Assembly (NCBI GenBank): GCA_030605765.1
Contig: JAUWHP010000021.1
Span: 1-57,284 of the forward strand
Source of the DNA: Dehalococcoidia bacterium
GTDB lineage: Bacteria > Chloroflexota > Dehalococcoidia > GIF9 > AB-539-J10
Direction: 5' to 3'
DNA length: 57,284 nucleotides
Below, in pieces: positions 9,183-19,125 of the stretch. Within the stretch, counting starts at the first letter, position 1; the number at the start of each line of letters is the position of its first letter. The position numbers and the translations under genes were made by a program. The notes below the pieces were generated by a model. It saw only the letters and a list, made by a program, of their open reading frames with translations. It was not told the DNA's origin and did no database searches.

Positions 9183-10637
9183 ATGGTAAGTGAAAATATC
9201 ACAATCTCACCTTGGCGCTTGGGACAGATTTGGATGAATTACTTACGCAATCGTTTTCACCAGAAGGCTAATAAGATGGTACAAGATTACGTTGCCTCTA
9301 TTTCCTTTGACCAGCGATTATATCGCCAGGACATCACAGGTAGTATCGCTCATGCTAAGATGCTGGCAAAACAAGGGATAATAAGCGAAAGCGATGCTGA
9401 AACTATAATCAAGGGACTTAGCTCAATTCAAGAAGAAATCGAGCAAGGGAAATTTCAGTTCCAAACTGAACATGAAGACATACATATGAATATCGAAGCA
9501 CGACTCTTCGAGAAAGTAGGCGATGTGGCTGGTAAACTTCACACCGCCCGCTCCAGAAATGACCAAATAGCTTTGGATTTACGTCTTTTCGTCAAAGAGG
9601 AGCTCTCGAAAACCATTGATGAGCTAAAGAGCTTGCAATCCTCGCTTGTGGAATTAGCTGAGGCAAATAAAAATATCATCATGCCTGGCTATACCCACTT
9701 ACAGCAAGCTCAGCCAGTTCTTCTCGCCCACCACCTGCTAGCTTATTTTGAGATGCTTCAGCGAGACAAAGAGAGATTTCATGATTGCCTCAAACGCACT
9801 GACATACTTCCTCTAGGTAGTGGTGCTTTAGCCGGTGTCTCTTATCCTGTAAACCGGGAATTTGTTGCCCGAGAACTGGGTTTTGGCAAAGTAAGCACTA
9901 ATAGCCTTGATGCTGTTTCTGACAGAGACTTCATAATAGAATATGAAGCCTGTGCTGCCATCACCATGATGCACCTCTCACGACTAGCAGAGGAGATTAT
10001 CCTGTGGTCATCAGCCGAGTTTAGCTTTATAGAAATTGGTGAAGCCTACACCACAGGCAGCAGCATCATGCCACAGAAGAAAAACCCCGATGTAGCTGAA
10101 TTAGCCAGAGGGAAAACCGGGCGGGTATATGGCCATCTAATGGCTATCCTTACTATAATGGAAGCTTTACCCTTAGCTTATAACCGGGATATGCAGGAGG
10201 ATAAGGAAGGACTTTTTGATACTGTGGATACATTACAACCTACTCTAAGGGTATTTGCTGGAATGGTAAGAACAATCAAAGTCAACGTAAAGCGTGTTCG
10301 CCAAGCTATTAAAAGGGATTACATTCTGGCTACCGACTTAGCTGATTATCTGGTAAAGAAAGGCCTGCCTTTCCGGGAGGCGCATGGTGTGATATCTAAA
10401 CTTAGCAAATATGCTGTAAGCAGAGATAAGAGCTTCCACGAGCTTGGCTTAAGCGAGTATCATGGCTTCTCACTCCTCTTTGACGAGGATGTATATGCTA
10501 TAACCTTAGAGTCTTCTCTGGCTGCCCGAAATGTTATTGGTGGCACCTCTCCACAACAGGTGGGCGCAGCATTGACCAGAGCAAGAGAGATTCTGAATGG
10601 AACGAAGTGGAATAAAGAATCTCGTTTCGCGGGGTAA
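9183..10637 (+). CDS. argH: Argininosuccinate lyase
   Basis: SISFD..DITGSIAHAKML, TGSSIMPQKKNPD signature. An alternative start at ATG 9234 gives the usual N-terminal length. Confidence 0.9.
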   Translation: MVSENITISPWRLGQIWMNYLRNRFHQKANKMVQDYVASISFDQRLYRQDITGSIAHAKMLAKQGIISESDAETIIKGLSSIQEEIEQGKFQFQTEHEDIHMNIEARLFEKVGDVAGKLHTARSRNDQIALDLRLFVKEELSKTIDELKSLQSSLVELAEANKNIIMPGYTHLQQAQPVLLAHHLLAYFEMLQRDKERFHDCLKRTDILPLGSGALAGVSYPVNREFVARELGFGKVSTNSLDAVSDRDFIIEYEACAAITMMHLSRLAEEIILWSSAEFSFIEIGEAYTTGSSIMPQKKNPDVAELARGKTGRVYGHLMAILTIMEALPLAYNRDMQEDKEGLFDTVDTLQPTLRVFAGMVRTIKVNVKRVRQAIKRDYILATDLADYLVKKGLPFREAHGVISKLSKYAVSRDKSFHELGLSEYHGFSLLFDEDVYAITLESSLAARNVIGGTSPQQVGAALTRAREILNGTKWNKESRFAG

Positions 10638-10639
10638 AA

Positions 10640-11305
10640 ATGGAAGGCAAAATTAAGCTAGCGCCGTCAATTCTCTCCGCTGACTTTGCTCGGCTTGGAG
10701 AGCAAGTGGCTGAAGTAACAAAAGCAGGGGCTGATTATATCCACATTGACGTTATGGACGGGCACTTCGTACCCAATATAACTATCGGTGCTCCAGTAGT
10801 AGCTTCCCTTCAAACCTGGACGCATTTGCCTTTAGATGTGCACTTGATGATAGAGCAGCCTGAGCGCTATATTCCCCAATTTGCCGATTCCGGCGCTGGC
10901 ATCATTACCGTGCATGTCGAAGCCTGTTTTCATCTTCACCGCACTATTCAATTAATCAAGGAGCTGGGGGTGAAGGCAGGAGTAGCCTTAAATCCGGCTA
11001 GTCCTTTAAGCTTAATAGACGAGATTATGCCTCAGGTTGATTTGATTGTTATCATGAGCGTTGAGCCTGGCTTTGGCGGGCAATCTTTCATCCCTGAAAC
11101 ATTGGGGAAGATAAGCCGCTTACGCAGCATACTTGACAGCAGAAAATTAGCCATTGAACTCGAAATTGACGGTGGCATTACCCTTGACAATGCACCTGGA
11201 ATAGTTAAAGCCGGGGGTAATGTCCTGGCAATTGGAACCAGTATATTCAGGACTAAAGAACGAATAAGCCAAGCACTACAGAAAATCAGGGAGGCAACCA
11301 GCTAA
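10640..11305 (+). CDS. rpe: Ribulose-phosphate 3-epimerase
   Basis: PSILSADF, HIDVMDGHFVPNIT, MSVEPGFGGQSF, EIDGGI. Confidence 0.9.
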   Translation: MEGKIKLAPSILSADFARLGEQVAEVTKAGADYIHIDVMDGHFVPNITIGAPVVASLQTWTHLPLDVHLMIEQPERYIPQFADSGAGIITVHVEACFHLHRTIQLIKELGVKAGVALNPASPLSLIDEIMPQVDLIVIMSVEPGFGGQSFIPETLGKISRLRSILDSRKLAIELEIDGGITLDNAPGIVKAGGNVLAIGTSIFRTKERISQALQKIREATS

Positions 11306-11484
11306 CGAACCGCTTTATACTGACTGCGCAGACACCTGGTGCAAATGTTAACTTTCCTTTTCTCACCGTCTACAGTAATGGTAGCTCGATGAATATTAGG
11401 CAACCAGCGCCGTTTGACACGTTTCTTAGAATGGCTTACGCTATTCCCAAATTGAACTCTCTTACCACAAATATCACACTTCAC
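11302..11484 (-). CDS. rpmB: 50S ribosomal protein L28
   Basis: 60 aa, CDICGKRVQFGNSVSHSKKRVKRRWLPNI matches the L28 pattern. Confidence 0.85.
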   Translation of the reverse strand: MKCDICGKRVQFGNSVSHSKKRVKRRWLPNIHRATITVDGEKRKVNICTRCLRSQYKAVR

Positions 11485-11566
11485 AGAAAACTCTTACTCC
11501 GTCTTTACTGCAAATCTCATTTTAGCTATTATACCAGCGGATATCACATTAGGCAAAAGGGAGGAG

Positions 11567-13204
11567 ATGAAAACTAGTTTAGTCGACGGCCAGACACTGA
11601 AAGGAATGTTCACCTCAGGAACTGTGTGGCTGGAGAAAAACGCTCCTGAAATCAATGCTATAAATGTTTTCCCGGTCCCCGATGGTGATACTGGAACCAA
11701 CATGTTGCTTACTATGCACTCAGCTATAGAAGAGGCAAAACAAAACACAGACAGCACTGCCTCCTCAATAGCCAAATCAATGGCCCACGGTGCTTTGATG
11801 GGTGCTCGAGGTAATTCAGGAGTTATCCTATCGCAATTCTGGCGTGGCTTAGCCAGGGGATTAGAAGGCAAGAATTCCTTTAATGGCAGAGATTTTGCCC
11901 TGGCGCTAGCTGAGGCATCACAAGCTGCCTATGAAGGAATCGTACACCCCGTAGAAGGCACTATGCTGACAGTGCTTCGAGACGCCGCTAGAGCTGCTGA
12001 AGAAGCTACCAAAACCAACTCTGAAAACTTGCTTTCAGTAGTAGAAACTGCCACAGAAGAGGCTAAGGATTCAGTAGCTCGGACCCCCGATCTATTACCA
12101 GTATTACGCGAAGCAGGGGTGGTAGACGCCGGTGGGCAGGGTTTATATGTATTGTTAGATGGCGCCCTTCATTTTCTTAAGGGGGAAGCAGATAAAATAC
12201 AATACCAGAAACCTCAACTAGTTATGGCTAACCTGCCCTTAGCTTCTAAAATGACATTAACAACTGAGGTAGAATTACCCTACGGGTATTGTATTGAATT
12301 TCTGCTGGAAGGGCAAAAACTCAATTTGAGCAATGTCGGCAAAAAACTAAGAAAGAAGGGACAATCTGTAATCGTTGCTGGGAACAGCTCCATGCTCAAG
12401 GTTCATATCCACAGCTTCAAACCTAGTGAAGTTCTTGATTATGCTACGCGTCTGGGCACATTACACCAAATAAAGATCGATAATATGGATGACCAGTATG
12501 CAGAATTTATCAAGGCACAAAAAGAAAGAACGCCCAAGATTGGCACCGCCATAGTGACAGTCGCCTCAGGCGATGGCCTCTTTGAGGTATTTAATAGCCT
12601 GGGCGCTACAATCATTGTTCCTGGGGGTCAGACAATGAATCCCAGCGTCCGCGAGTTACTCCAAGCTGTGCAATCAGCACCTTCAGATAATATTATTTTA
12701 CTGCCTAATAACAAAAATATCATCCTAACAGCCTCTCAGGTCGAGTCTTTAGCTCCAAAGAGGGTAAGGGTAATCCCTACCAGGACTATACCTCAAGGCA
12801 TCGCAGCACTTCTCGCCTTCAACTATGAAATGGATTTAGAGGAAAACACACGAACTATGGAGCAAGCAATATCCACAGTACAAACTATAGAAATCACCAA
12901 AGCAGTGCGCGGGACACAAATAAATGGCCAGAAGATAAAGAAAGGTCAATTTATTGCTATTCTAAATGATGAAATTTTAATAGCCAGTAGCAATAACACA
13001 AATGGCATATCAGATGTTATTTTTGAATCTCTAACGAAAGCAGATATTGAAAAGGCAGAAATGGTAACCATTTATTACGGCGCTGAAACTCAGGCTGCTG
13101 AAGCTGAGCATATAGCCCAGGAAATCCGTAATAAATACCAAACTGAGGTTGAAATAATTCGCGGCAATCAACCTCACTACAATTACATAATCTCACTGGA
13201 ATAA
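11567..13204 (+). CDS. DAK2-domain fusion protein (YloV family)
   Basis: N-terminal Dak2 pattern INVFPVPDGDTGTNM..GARGNSGVILSQ plus a long C-terminal domain. The rpmB / DAK2 / recG neighbourhood is conserved in many bacteria. Confidence 0.8.
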   Translation: MKTSLVDGQTLKGMFTSGTVWLEKNAPEINAINVFPVPDGDTGTNMLLTMHSAIEEAKQNTDSTASSIAKSMAHGALMGARGNSGVILSQFWRGLARGLEGKNSFNGRDFALALAEASQAAYEGIVHPVEGTMLTVLRDAARAAEEATKTNSENLLSVVETATEEAKDSVARTPDLLPVLREAGVVDAGGQGLYVLLDGALHFLKGEADKIQYQKPQLVMANLPLASKMTLTTEVELPYGYCIEFLLEGQKLNLSNVGKKLRKKGQSVIVAGNSSMLKVHIHSFKPSEVLDYATRLGTLHQIKIDNMDDQYAEFIKAQKERTPKIGTAIVTVASGDGLFEVFNSLGATIIVPGGQTMNPSVRELLQAVQSAPSDNIILLPNNKNIILTASQVESLAPKRVRVIPTRTIPQGIAALLAFNYEMDLEENTRTMEQAISTVQTIEITKAVRGTQINGQKIKKGQFIAILNDEILIASSNNTNGISDVIFESLTKADIEKAEMVTIYYGAETQAAEAEHIAQEIRNKYQTEVEIIRGNQPHYNYIISLE

Positions 13205-13308
13205 TTTTGCGCTCCCTAAACCTCTGTTTTCAGCTACTCCATGCTTGAAACAGAAATGTGATATTCTATAAGTACTGCTTTGTAACAACTAAGTAACGAC
13301 CTCACAAA

Positions 13309-15771
13309 ATGATAACTACCGATGCGCTAAGAAAGATTCTTGAATTGGAGTGCACCAAAGGATATAGCGACAAAGCAGTAATTGGTGGGTTGGACAAATA
13401 TCTTCACAAACAAGCAGGGCAAATCAGACAAAATCTAAATGGCCAACAGCTTCTAACTGAATTCGATGAGCTCAACCTGGCTAATTCCAATTATAGTTCC
13501 TGGAGCATGAGTGAACGCAAGAAATGGGTAGTGCGCCTTTTTGACTGGTTAGACAACCTGGAAGAGGCGAAGCAAGGCACCCTCACCTCACCTCCCCCTT
13601 CAAGGGAGAGAAATAAGATGAAGGTAACAAAAGTAGCTAAATCATACCCCCAGAGGAATAGCGATGGATTAGATTCACTAATAACTACTATCAAGGGCAT
13701 TAAATCAACCGTAGCTAATAAGTTTGCCAGGCTAAATGTGAAGACGCTGCATGACTTACTTTATTTCTTCCCTCGCAGATATGTCGATTATAGCCAGAGA
13801 AAATTTATTGCTGAGCTTGAAGAGGACAAGGAGCAAACCATTATAGGCACGATATGGCAAGCTAGGGTAGCTACTTTTGCCAATCGGCGAGGCACTGAGG
13901 CAATCATGGGCGATGAGACAGGAAACATCAGGGTAGTCTGGTTCAATCAACCTTATCTAGCCAAAAAATTCTCTACCAATGCTAAGGTGGTAATCAGTGG
14001 CATAGTTTACTCATTCAAAGGACGCAAGGTTTTTAAATCACCCGAATGGGAAATGTTTGAGGAAAAAGAACTAATCCACACCGGTCGCCTGGTCCCCGTC
14101 TACCCACTCACCCAAGGTCTATATCCCCGACAGGTAAGGAAGTGGACAAAAGAAGCTATTGATGGTTGGGTATGGCAAGTAACTGATTTCCTGCCTCCAG
14201 AGATAAAAAACCGCTGTCAACTATTAGGCCTTCCTGAAGCGATTGCTCAAATTCACTATCCTGATGATTACTTACTAGCGGAGAGGGCAAAGGAGAGATT
14301 AGCTTTCGATGAGCTGTTTTTACTTCAACTAGGTGTGCTGGCCAGGAAGCGAGATTGGCAGGAAAGTCAGCCAGGCAATGCTTTTAATGTATACCAGGAA
14401 GTTATTGACACGTTCTCGCGTTGTTTACCTTTCACTTTGACCGAAGCACAGGAGCGCGTACTGGGAGAGATTCTAAGTGATCTCAAGCAATCCAGGGCTA
14501 TGTCACGCCTTCTTCAAGGTGAAGTAGGCAGTGGCAAAACCGTAATTGCCACTTTGGCTTTATTAATAGTGGTGGCCAATGGCTATCAAGGATCGCTGAT
14601 GGCGCCCACTGAGATATTAGCTGAACAACACTTCAACACCATCTGCGATTATTTATCTAAAGCCAGCACACAAAAAGAGGAGGTGGGCAATAATATTAAG
14701 CGTTATACAGGCTTTCTCCCACAACCACTTACCATAGCATTGCTCGTTGGCAGCCTCAGTGATAGCGAGAAGGAAAACCTGCATTGTAGAATTATGCAAG
14801 ACGAAATTGATATTGCCATTGGCACTCACGCCCTTATTCAAAAAGGAGTGAAATTTCACAAGCTGGGCTTGGCGGTTATAGATGAACAACAACGTTTTGG
14901 TGTTTTGCAGCGCCAGAAGCTACGTCAAAAGGGCTTTAATCCTCATATATTGGTTATGACTGCCACGCCTATTCCCCGCACTATGGCACTAACACTTTAT
15001 GGTGACCTCGACCTTTCAGTCATTGACGAGTTACCCCCGGGACGACAGGAAGTAAAAACAAGGTTCCTCGAGCCACGGTACACAGAAAAGGCCTATAATT
15101 TCCTGCGTCGCCAGGTCAGCAAGGGCAAACAAGCCTTCACTATCTGCCCTCTGATTGAGGAATCAGATGTACTCGATGCAAAAGCTGCCACAACTGAGTA
15201 TGAGCATCTACGCAGAGAAATCTTCCCAGATCTAAGATTGGGCCTACTACACGGCCGAATGTCCTCTAGCGATAAAGAAACGGTAATGCGACGTTTTCGA
15301 GGAGGAAAACTTGATATACTAGTATCAACTTCGGTGGTAGAGGTTGGTATTGATATACCTAATGCCACAGTCATGCTGGTGGAGGGCGCTGACCGCTTTG
15401 GATTACCACAACTACATCAATTTAGAGGGCGGGTGGGCCGAAGTAAAGAGCAAGGTTATTGCATACTTATTCCAGAAAAGCCTTCACCTGAGGCAAGAGA
15501 GCGGCTTAAGTTGATGGAGAAAATTCACGATGGCTTTGCTTTAGCTGAGAAAGACCTCGAACTAAGAGGCCCTGGGGAATTTTTTGGCACACAGCAAAGT
15601 GGCTTGCCCGACCTCAAAGTGGCTAAACTATCGAATTTGCACCTCCTGGAACTGGCTCGGCAAGAGGCAATAAACCTTTTCCAGAAAGAAAATAACTTGG
15701 GAAAACCTGAATATCACCTTCTAAGACAACGCTTGTCTAAAGTGTGGCCCAAGGACGTTGAATGGAGCTAA
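13309..15771 (+). CDS. recG: ATP-dependent DNA helicase RecG
   Basis: Helicase motifs GEVGSGKT, DEQQRFGV, MTATPIPRT, QLHQFRGRVGR. 820 aa with a long N-terminal extension. Confidence 0.9.
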   Translation: MITTDALRKILELECTKGYSDKAVIGGLDKYLHKQAGQIRQNLNGQQLLTEFDELNLANSNYSSWSMSERKKWVVRLFDWLDNLEEAKQGTLTSPPPSRERNKMKVTKVAKSYPQRNSDGLDSLITTIKGIKSTVANKFARLNVKTLHDLLYFFPRRYVDYSQRKFIAELEEDKEQTIIGTIWQARVATFANRRGTEAIMGDETGNIRVVWFNQPYLAKKFSTNAKVVISGIVYSFKGRKVFKSPEWEMFEEKELIHTGRLVPVYPLTQGLYPRQVRKWTKEAIDGWVWQVTDFLPPEIKNRCQLLGLPEAIAQIHYPDDYLLAERAKERLAFDELFLLQLGVLARKRDWQESQPGNAFNVYQEVIDTFSRCLPFTLTEAQERVLGEILSDLKQSRAMSRLLQGEVGSGKTVIATLALLIVVANGYQGSLMAPTEILAEQHFNTICDYLSKASTQKEEVGNNIKRYTGFLPQPLTIALLVGSLSDSEKENLHCRIMQDEIDIAIGTHALIQKGVKFHKLGLAVIDEQQRFGVLQRQKLRQKGFNPHILVMTATPIPRTMALTLYGDLDLSVIDELPPGRQEVKTRFLEPRYTEKAYNFLRRQVSKGKQAFTICPLIEESDVLDAKAATTEYEHLRREIFPDLRLGLLHGRMSSSDKETVMRRFRGGKLDILVSTSVVEVGIDIPNATVMLVEGADRFGLPQLHQFRGRVGRSKEQGYCILIPEKPSPEARERLKLMEKIHDGFALAEKDLELRGPGEFFGTQQSGLPDLKVAKLSNLHLLELARQEAINLFQKENNLGKPEYHLLRQRLSKVWPKDVEWS

Positions 15772-17432
15772 TTATGCTTAAGGAAAAATTAGTTATCTGC
15801 CTGCAACAGGCGGTAATTAAAGCACAACAAGAGGATAGCCTTGTCGCTGTAGCATTACCTGAGATAGCCATGGAGCGCCCTCAAAATCCCGAACATGGAG
15901 ACTTCGCTTCGGTGCTTCCTCTAAAGCTAGCTCGAACAATGAAGATGTCCCCTCTAGCCATAGCTGAAAAAATAGCTAAACACATATCACTTCCCCCAGA
16001 AATTGACAGTTTTTCTATCGCTCCGCCGGGTTTCATTAATTTCACCTTGAGAGATGATTGGCTGGCCAAGCAAATAGAATCAATTCTGACTGCTGGTGAG
16101 TCATACGGTGACCTTGCTTTAGGCAAAGGTAGCCATATCCAACTTGAATTCGTTAGCGTCAATCCCACTGGACCCCTTCACGTAGGCCATGGTCGCGGCG
16201 CTGTCCTGGGTAGTACCCTGGCCAATGTTTTCACTGCCGCTGGCTATTCCGTGGAAAAAGAATATTTACTAAATAATGTTGGTCACCAGATAGATGTTTT
16301 CAATCGCTCTCTTTATGCTCGTTATCAGCAATGTCTAGGCAAAGAAATCAGCGTACCCACTGATGGCTACCAGGGCAATTACATGATTGACCTGGCAAAG
16401 GAAATTGTCGATAAAGAAGGTGATAGATTCCTGGCACTACCAGTAGAAGAGGCTGCTTCGGAGTTAGGCGAAATTGGGCTCAACAAAATGGTTGAGGAAA
16501 TCAAACAGGACCTTAAGCTAATAAATGTTGAGTTTGATACCTGGTTTAGCGAAAAAAGCCTCTACCACAATAAGCAATACCACCAAACCATGGAATTATT
16601 ACAAAGAGAAGGTTATGTAACTAGGAAGGACAACGCCGTCTGGTTTGAGTCCAGTGCCTTAGGTGAGGATAAGGATAATGTACTGGTGCGCAGCGATGGC
16701 TCTCCTACTTATTTTGCCTCCGATATCGCTTATCATTACAACAAGTTCGTGGAACGAAAATTTGACACTGTGATTGACATTTGGGGTGCCGACCATCAAG
16801 GACATGTTCCACGGATGAAAGCAGCAATCAAAGCCTTGGGCAAGAACCCTGAACAGCTCAAGATAATAATCTGCCAACTAATTACTTTAAGTCGTGGCAA
16901 GGAAATAATCAGGATATCTAAACGTAGCGGCGATATTGTTACCTTGCGGGAATTAGTACACGAAGTGAGGCCAGATGTTTGCCGCTTCTTCTTCCTTTCC
17001 CGCTCTGCTGATAGCCAGATGGACTTTGATATAGAGCTAGCTAAGAAACAATCAGCAGATAACCCTGTCTATTATATTCAATATGCTCATGCTCGAATCG
17101 CCAGCATTCTCCGTCTGGCCAAGCAAAGGGAAATTGATTACATCCAAGGCGACGTCTCTTTGCTTACCACTGGGCCTGAGCTAACTTTAATTCGCCGTTT
17201 ACTCCTTCTGCCAGAAATAATAGAGGGGGTAGTAAATACTCTCGAGCCTCACCACTTGCCCTATTATGCCCAGGATATAGCCACTGTTTTTCACAGTTTT
17301 TATAAGCAGTGCAGAGTAGTTTCCAAAGATGAGGCACTAACCAAAGCGCGACTCAAATTAGTCAGGGCAACTCAAATTGTCTTAGCCAAGGCTCTCCATC
17401 TCATGGGCATGACAGCCCCTGAAAGCATGTAA
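15762..17432 (+). CDS. argS: Arginine--tRNA ligase
   Basis: Class I HIGH-like PTGPLHVGHGRG, KMSKS-like ISKRSG, C-terminal anticodon-binding domain. Overlaps the recG end; alternative ATG at 15774. Confidence 0.9.
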   Translation: MELIMLKEKLVICLQQAVIKAQQEDSLVAVALPEIAMERPQNPEHGDFASVLPLKLARTMKMSPLAIAEKIAKHISLPPEIDSFSIAPPGFINFTLRDDWLAKQIESILTAGESYGDLALGKGSHIQLEFVSVNPTGPLHVGHGRGAVLGSTLANVFTAAGYSVEKEYLLNNVGHQIDVFNRSLYARYQQCLGKEISVPTDGYQGNYMIDLAKEIVDKEGDRFLALPVEEAASELGEIGLNKMVEEIKQDLKLINVEFDTWFSEKSLYHNKQYHQTMELLQREGYVTRKDNAVWFESSALGEDKDNVLVRSDGSPTYFASDIAYHYNKFVERKFDTVIDIWGADHQGHVPRMKAAIKALGKNPEQLKIIICQLITLSRGKEIIRISKRSGDIVTLRELVHEVRPDVCRFFFLSRSADSQMDFDIELAKKQSADNPVYYIQYAHARIASILRLAKQREIDYIQGDVSLLTTGPELTLIRRLLLLPEIIEGVVNTLEPHHLPYYAQDIATVFHSFYKQCRVVSKDEALTKARLKLVRATQIVLAKALHLMGMTAPESM

Positions 17433-17567
17433 GGTGTTTCTTATAACTAGAGGGCTTGCACTTCATCACACTCAGGCGATTTATTCAAGTATTATAAACT
17501 TGAATCCAATTCCGCCCTGTGTTAGATTTGTCACACAAACTTACGTAGTTAAAAGGTTTACAACAAA

Positions 17568-18863
17568 ATGACGCAAGTAGAGTTAGCTCGAAATGGCATT
17601 GTTTCACCTCAGGTAAAGCATGTAGCTGAACAAGAAGGGGTACAGCCAGATTTCGTTCTGCAAGGCCTGCTTGAGGGCACAATCGTAATCCCGGCCAATC
17701 CTAATCATAAAAATTTGATTCCCTGCGGCATAGGCAAAGGACTAAGCACCAAGGTCAATGCTAATATAGGTACATCATCAGACTTCTGTGATTTAGACGT
17801 AGAACTCAGGAAATTACAATCTGCTATTGATTCTGGCAGTGACACGGTTATGGACCTGAGCACCGGGGGTGACATCTCAGCGATCAGAAGAGCCATCATA
17901 GCCTCCAGCACTGTGCCTATAGGTACCGTACCCATTTATCAAGCCGGAATTGAAGCCATAGACAAACATGGAACTATCGTGAACATGACTGTTGATGAGA
18001 TTTTCGCTGTAATTGAAGAACAAGCTAAGGATGGAGTTGACTTCATGACTGTTCATTGCGGTGTAACTCAGGTATCTGTGGCACGGCTAAAAAAACAAGG
18101 TAGAACAACCGGCATAGTTTCTCGAGGCGGTGCTTTTCACACTGGCTGGATGTTACATAACGAGGAGGAGAATCCCTTATATCAATATTATGATCGTTTG
18201 TTAGACTTAGCCCATAAATATGATTTCGCCTTAAGTCTGGGCGACGGCCTGCGCCCAGGAAGCATTGCCGATGCTACCGATAGAGCTCAAATCGAGGAGC
18301 TAATCATTCAAGGTGAATTAGTAAAGCGTGCCAGGGAAGTTGGAATCCAAGCTTTTGTAGAAGGGCCTGGGCATTTAACACTGGAGCAAATAGCTAGCAA
18401 CGTTCAACTAGAGAAAAGCTTATGCCATGGAGCACCTTTCTATGTCCTAGGCCCGCTGGTAACTGATATAAGTGCTGGCTACGACCATATTACCGGCGCT
18501 ATCGGTGGTGCCATCGCTGCCGCCGCCGGTACAGATTTTTTGTGTTATGTTACCCCCACAGAGCACCTTTCGCTTCCCGATGTAGAAGATGTAAAACAAG
18601 GAGTGATAGCCTCTCGCATAGCTGCTCATGTTGGTGACATTGTTAAAGGCGTAAAGGGCGCCAGGGAATGGGACGACAAAATGTCTAGAGCTCGCAAGAA
18701 TCTTGATTGGAGGGCTCAGGCCGAATTATCTTTAGACCCAGAGCTTTCACGGCGGATTCACAGCAAGATTCCCACAATAGAAAAAACCTGCAGCATGTGC
18801 GGCAAGTATTGCGCCTTGGCACTGGTAGAAAAATACCTGGGAAACCCGCCAGCTAAACACTAA
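17568..18863 (+). CDS. thiC: Phosphomethylpyrimidine synthase
   Basis: 431 aa with [22 protein letters not shown], and the C-terminal CSMCGKYC cluster motif of ThiC. Confidence 0.9.
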   Translation: MTQVELARNGIVSPQVKHVAEQEGVQPDFVLQGLLEGTIVIPANPNHKNLIPCGIGKGLSTKVNANIGTSSDFCDLDVELRKLQSAIDSGSDTVMDLSTGGDISAIRRAIIASSTVPIGTVPIYQAGIEAIDKHGTIVNMTVDEIFAVIEEQAKDGVDFMTVHCGVTQVSVARLKKQGRTTGIVSRGGAFHTGWMLHNEEENPLYQYYDRLLDLAHKYDFALSLGDGLRPGSIADATDRAQIEELIIQGELVKRAREVGIQAFVEGPGHLTLEQIASNVQLEKSLCHGAPFYVLGPLVTDISAGYDHITGAIGGAIAAAAGTDFLCYVTPTEHLSLPDVEDVKQGVIASRIAAHVGDIVKGVKGAREWDDKMSRARKNLDWRAQAELSLDPELSRRIHSKIPTIEKTCSMCGKYCALALVEKYLGNPPAKH

Positions 18864-18929
18864 ATGCCTCAAGGGAAAATCATTTTTTCTTCGTTGCTTT
18901 AGTAAAACTGGTTTATTGGTTGCGGCATT

Positions 18930-19125
18930 TTTTGGAGGAGGCAACGGTAGCAGCGATGTGGGTGCTGTGGGCATGGGTTGAGAGATATGGGATTCCGAAG
19001 GCTCTCTATGTGGACTGGAAAAACGTGTATGTAACACAGAGGGAGCCGACTCTGGAAGAGCAGTTGCCTGGGGAGTTGCCGTTGACACGGTTTAGGATGG
19101 CATGTAAGAAGCTGGGTATAGAAAT
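18930..19125 (+). pseudogene. Transposase (integrase-core, ISNCY/IS1202-like) internal fragment
   Basis: ..WVERYGIPKALYVDWKNVYV..EPTLEEQL..TRFRMACKKLGIEIL.. looks like the middle of a DDE/rve transposase. No N- or C-terminal parts or inverted repeats are present. It is in frame with the downstream Hdr-like gene. Confidence 0.5.

Noticed and set aside
9183-9236. Unusual ArgH N-terminus (LRNRF where most ArgH have WGGRF), with an extra 17 codons if ATG 9183 is used.
   Set aside because: This is most simply explained by the real start being ATG 9234. The substitution alone is not evidence of altered function.
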